DNA of 64,000 nucleotides, from the NCBI GenBank assembly GCA_037447605.1, contig CM074814.1, positions 2,728,001 through 2,792,000 of the forward strand, read 5' to 3'. The position numbers were made by a program, and so were the translations under genes. The notes beneath the pieces were generated by a model. It was not told the DNA's origin, ran no database searches, and saw only the letters and a list, made by a program, of their open reading frames with translations. Source of the DNA: Zygnema circumcarinatum SAG 698-1b. Lineage: Eukaryota > Plantae > Zygnematophyceae. Positions 63,359 to 64,000 of the stretch are shown here, one piece after another. Each line of letters starts with the position of its first letter. Within the stretch, counting starts at the first letter, position 1.

Positions 63359-64000
63359 GTACGAGATCAACCCTAATTTTGACTCGTTGACTTGATTCGT
63401 TTTGTGGGGGGAGTGGGGGTGAGGGGACCGTTTTGTTAAAAAAATAAGTGGCTGCGTCGGAGAAGGGGGAGAGAGAGAGAGAGAGGGAGGAAGAGCGACA
63501 ACGTGGGGGGAGGGGCGAGGGAGGGAGGGAGGGAGGGAGGGAGGGAGACAGAGACAATGTGGGTCAGTTAAGGCTCCGGTAAAGGCCTAAGTTTTAGTCG
63601 GGGTGGGAGGATGACCCTAACACTTTAAGGGGTATAGGATTTGTTTAACGAGAATGTAGACAACCTTCTTATTCTAACAAAGTAACTGAACGGATCAACT
63701 TTTGAACAGTCGTTTTTCAAGTCAGAATGTGACTCAGAATCATAACCAGACTCAGTTGATCTTTCTCCCCTTCCTCCTTTTTTTTGGGCTTTTCGGTCGA
63801 TTGGTAGAGGCTCAACTTAAGCTTAGTCTTTTAGTGGATCTGCAGCATGGGGAATTGCTGAGTTAGGATGTGTTCAACTTTTGGATAACTCTAACCCTAA
63901 CCTAAACCTAATTAGGTCAAATTCGAACTCCAACTTCTTGGTTGGATCGTATTTGCGAGTGAGTCTTTGGAAGATTAGGGCTCCTTCTTCCTACTTTCTT

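Overview
Eukaryotic, intron-rich nuclear DNA from a green plant lineage. Plant-type gene families, TTTAGGG-type repeats and the intron style suggest a streptophyte alga, possibly Zygnematophyceae; this is inference. The window has two very different halves. Left (1 to ~34 kb): ordinary-complexity, gap-free sequence with the 5' 27 kb of a plant VPS13M-type lipid-transfer gene (minus strand, runs off the left edge). A divergent, unidentified 479-aa coiled-coil gene follows, separated from VPS13 by a GTAC-rich promoter and a palindrome-rich 68-bp minisatellite. Right (~34 to 64 kb): genes whose introns are filled with polypurine/polypyrimidine tracts, microsatellites and telomere-like repeats, and all nine N-gaps fall here. 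The genes are a UGT80 sterol glucosyltransferase (13 exons), RNA Pol III subunit RPC8 (first exon not visible), two tandem GT92/DUF23 GALS-like glycosyltransferases, exosome subunit CSL4 (with a probable U12-type intron) and exon 1 of a SUB1/At4g08810-like putative glycosyltransferase. A 5'-truncated CRE/R2-type (RLE) retrotransposon sits in the upstream region of that last gene. The long Pro-, Gly/Glu- and Ser/Leu-rich ORFs in the track are low-complexity artefacts. I found no clear-cut new multi-gene system. The best leads are the palindromic minisatellite, the recurring CCGTAC promoter clusters, the U12 intron, the RLE element, an intronic fold-back and the sharp change of sequence regime at ~34 kb. 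All family calls come from motifs recognised by eye, not from database searches.
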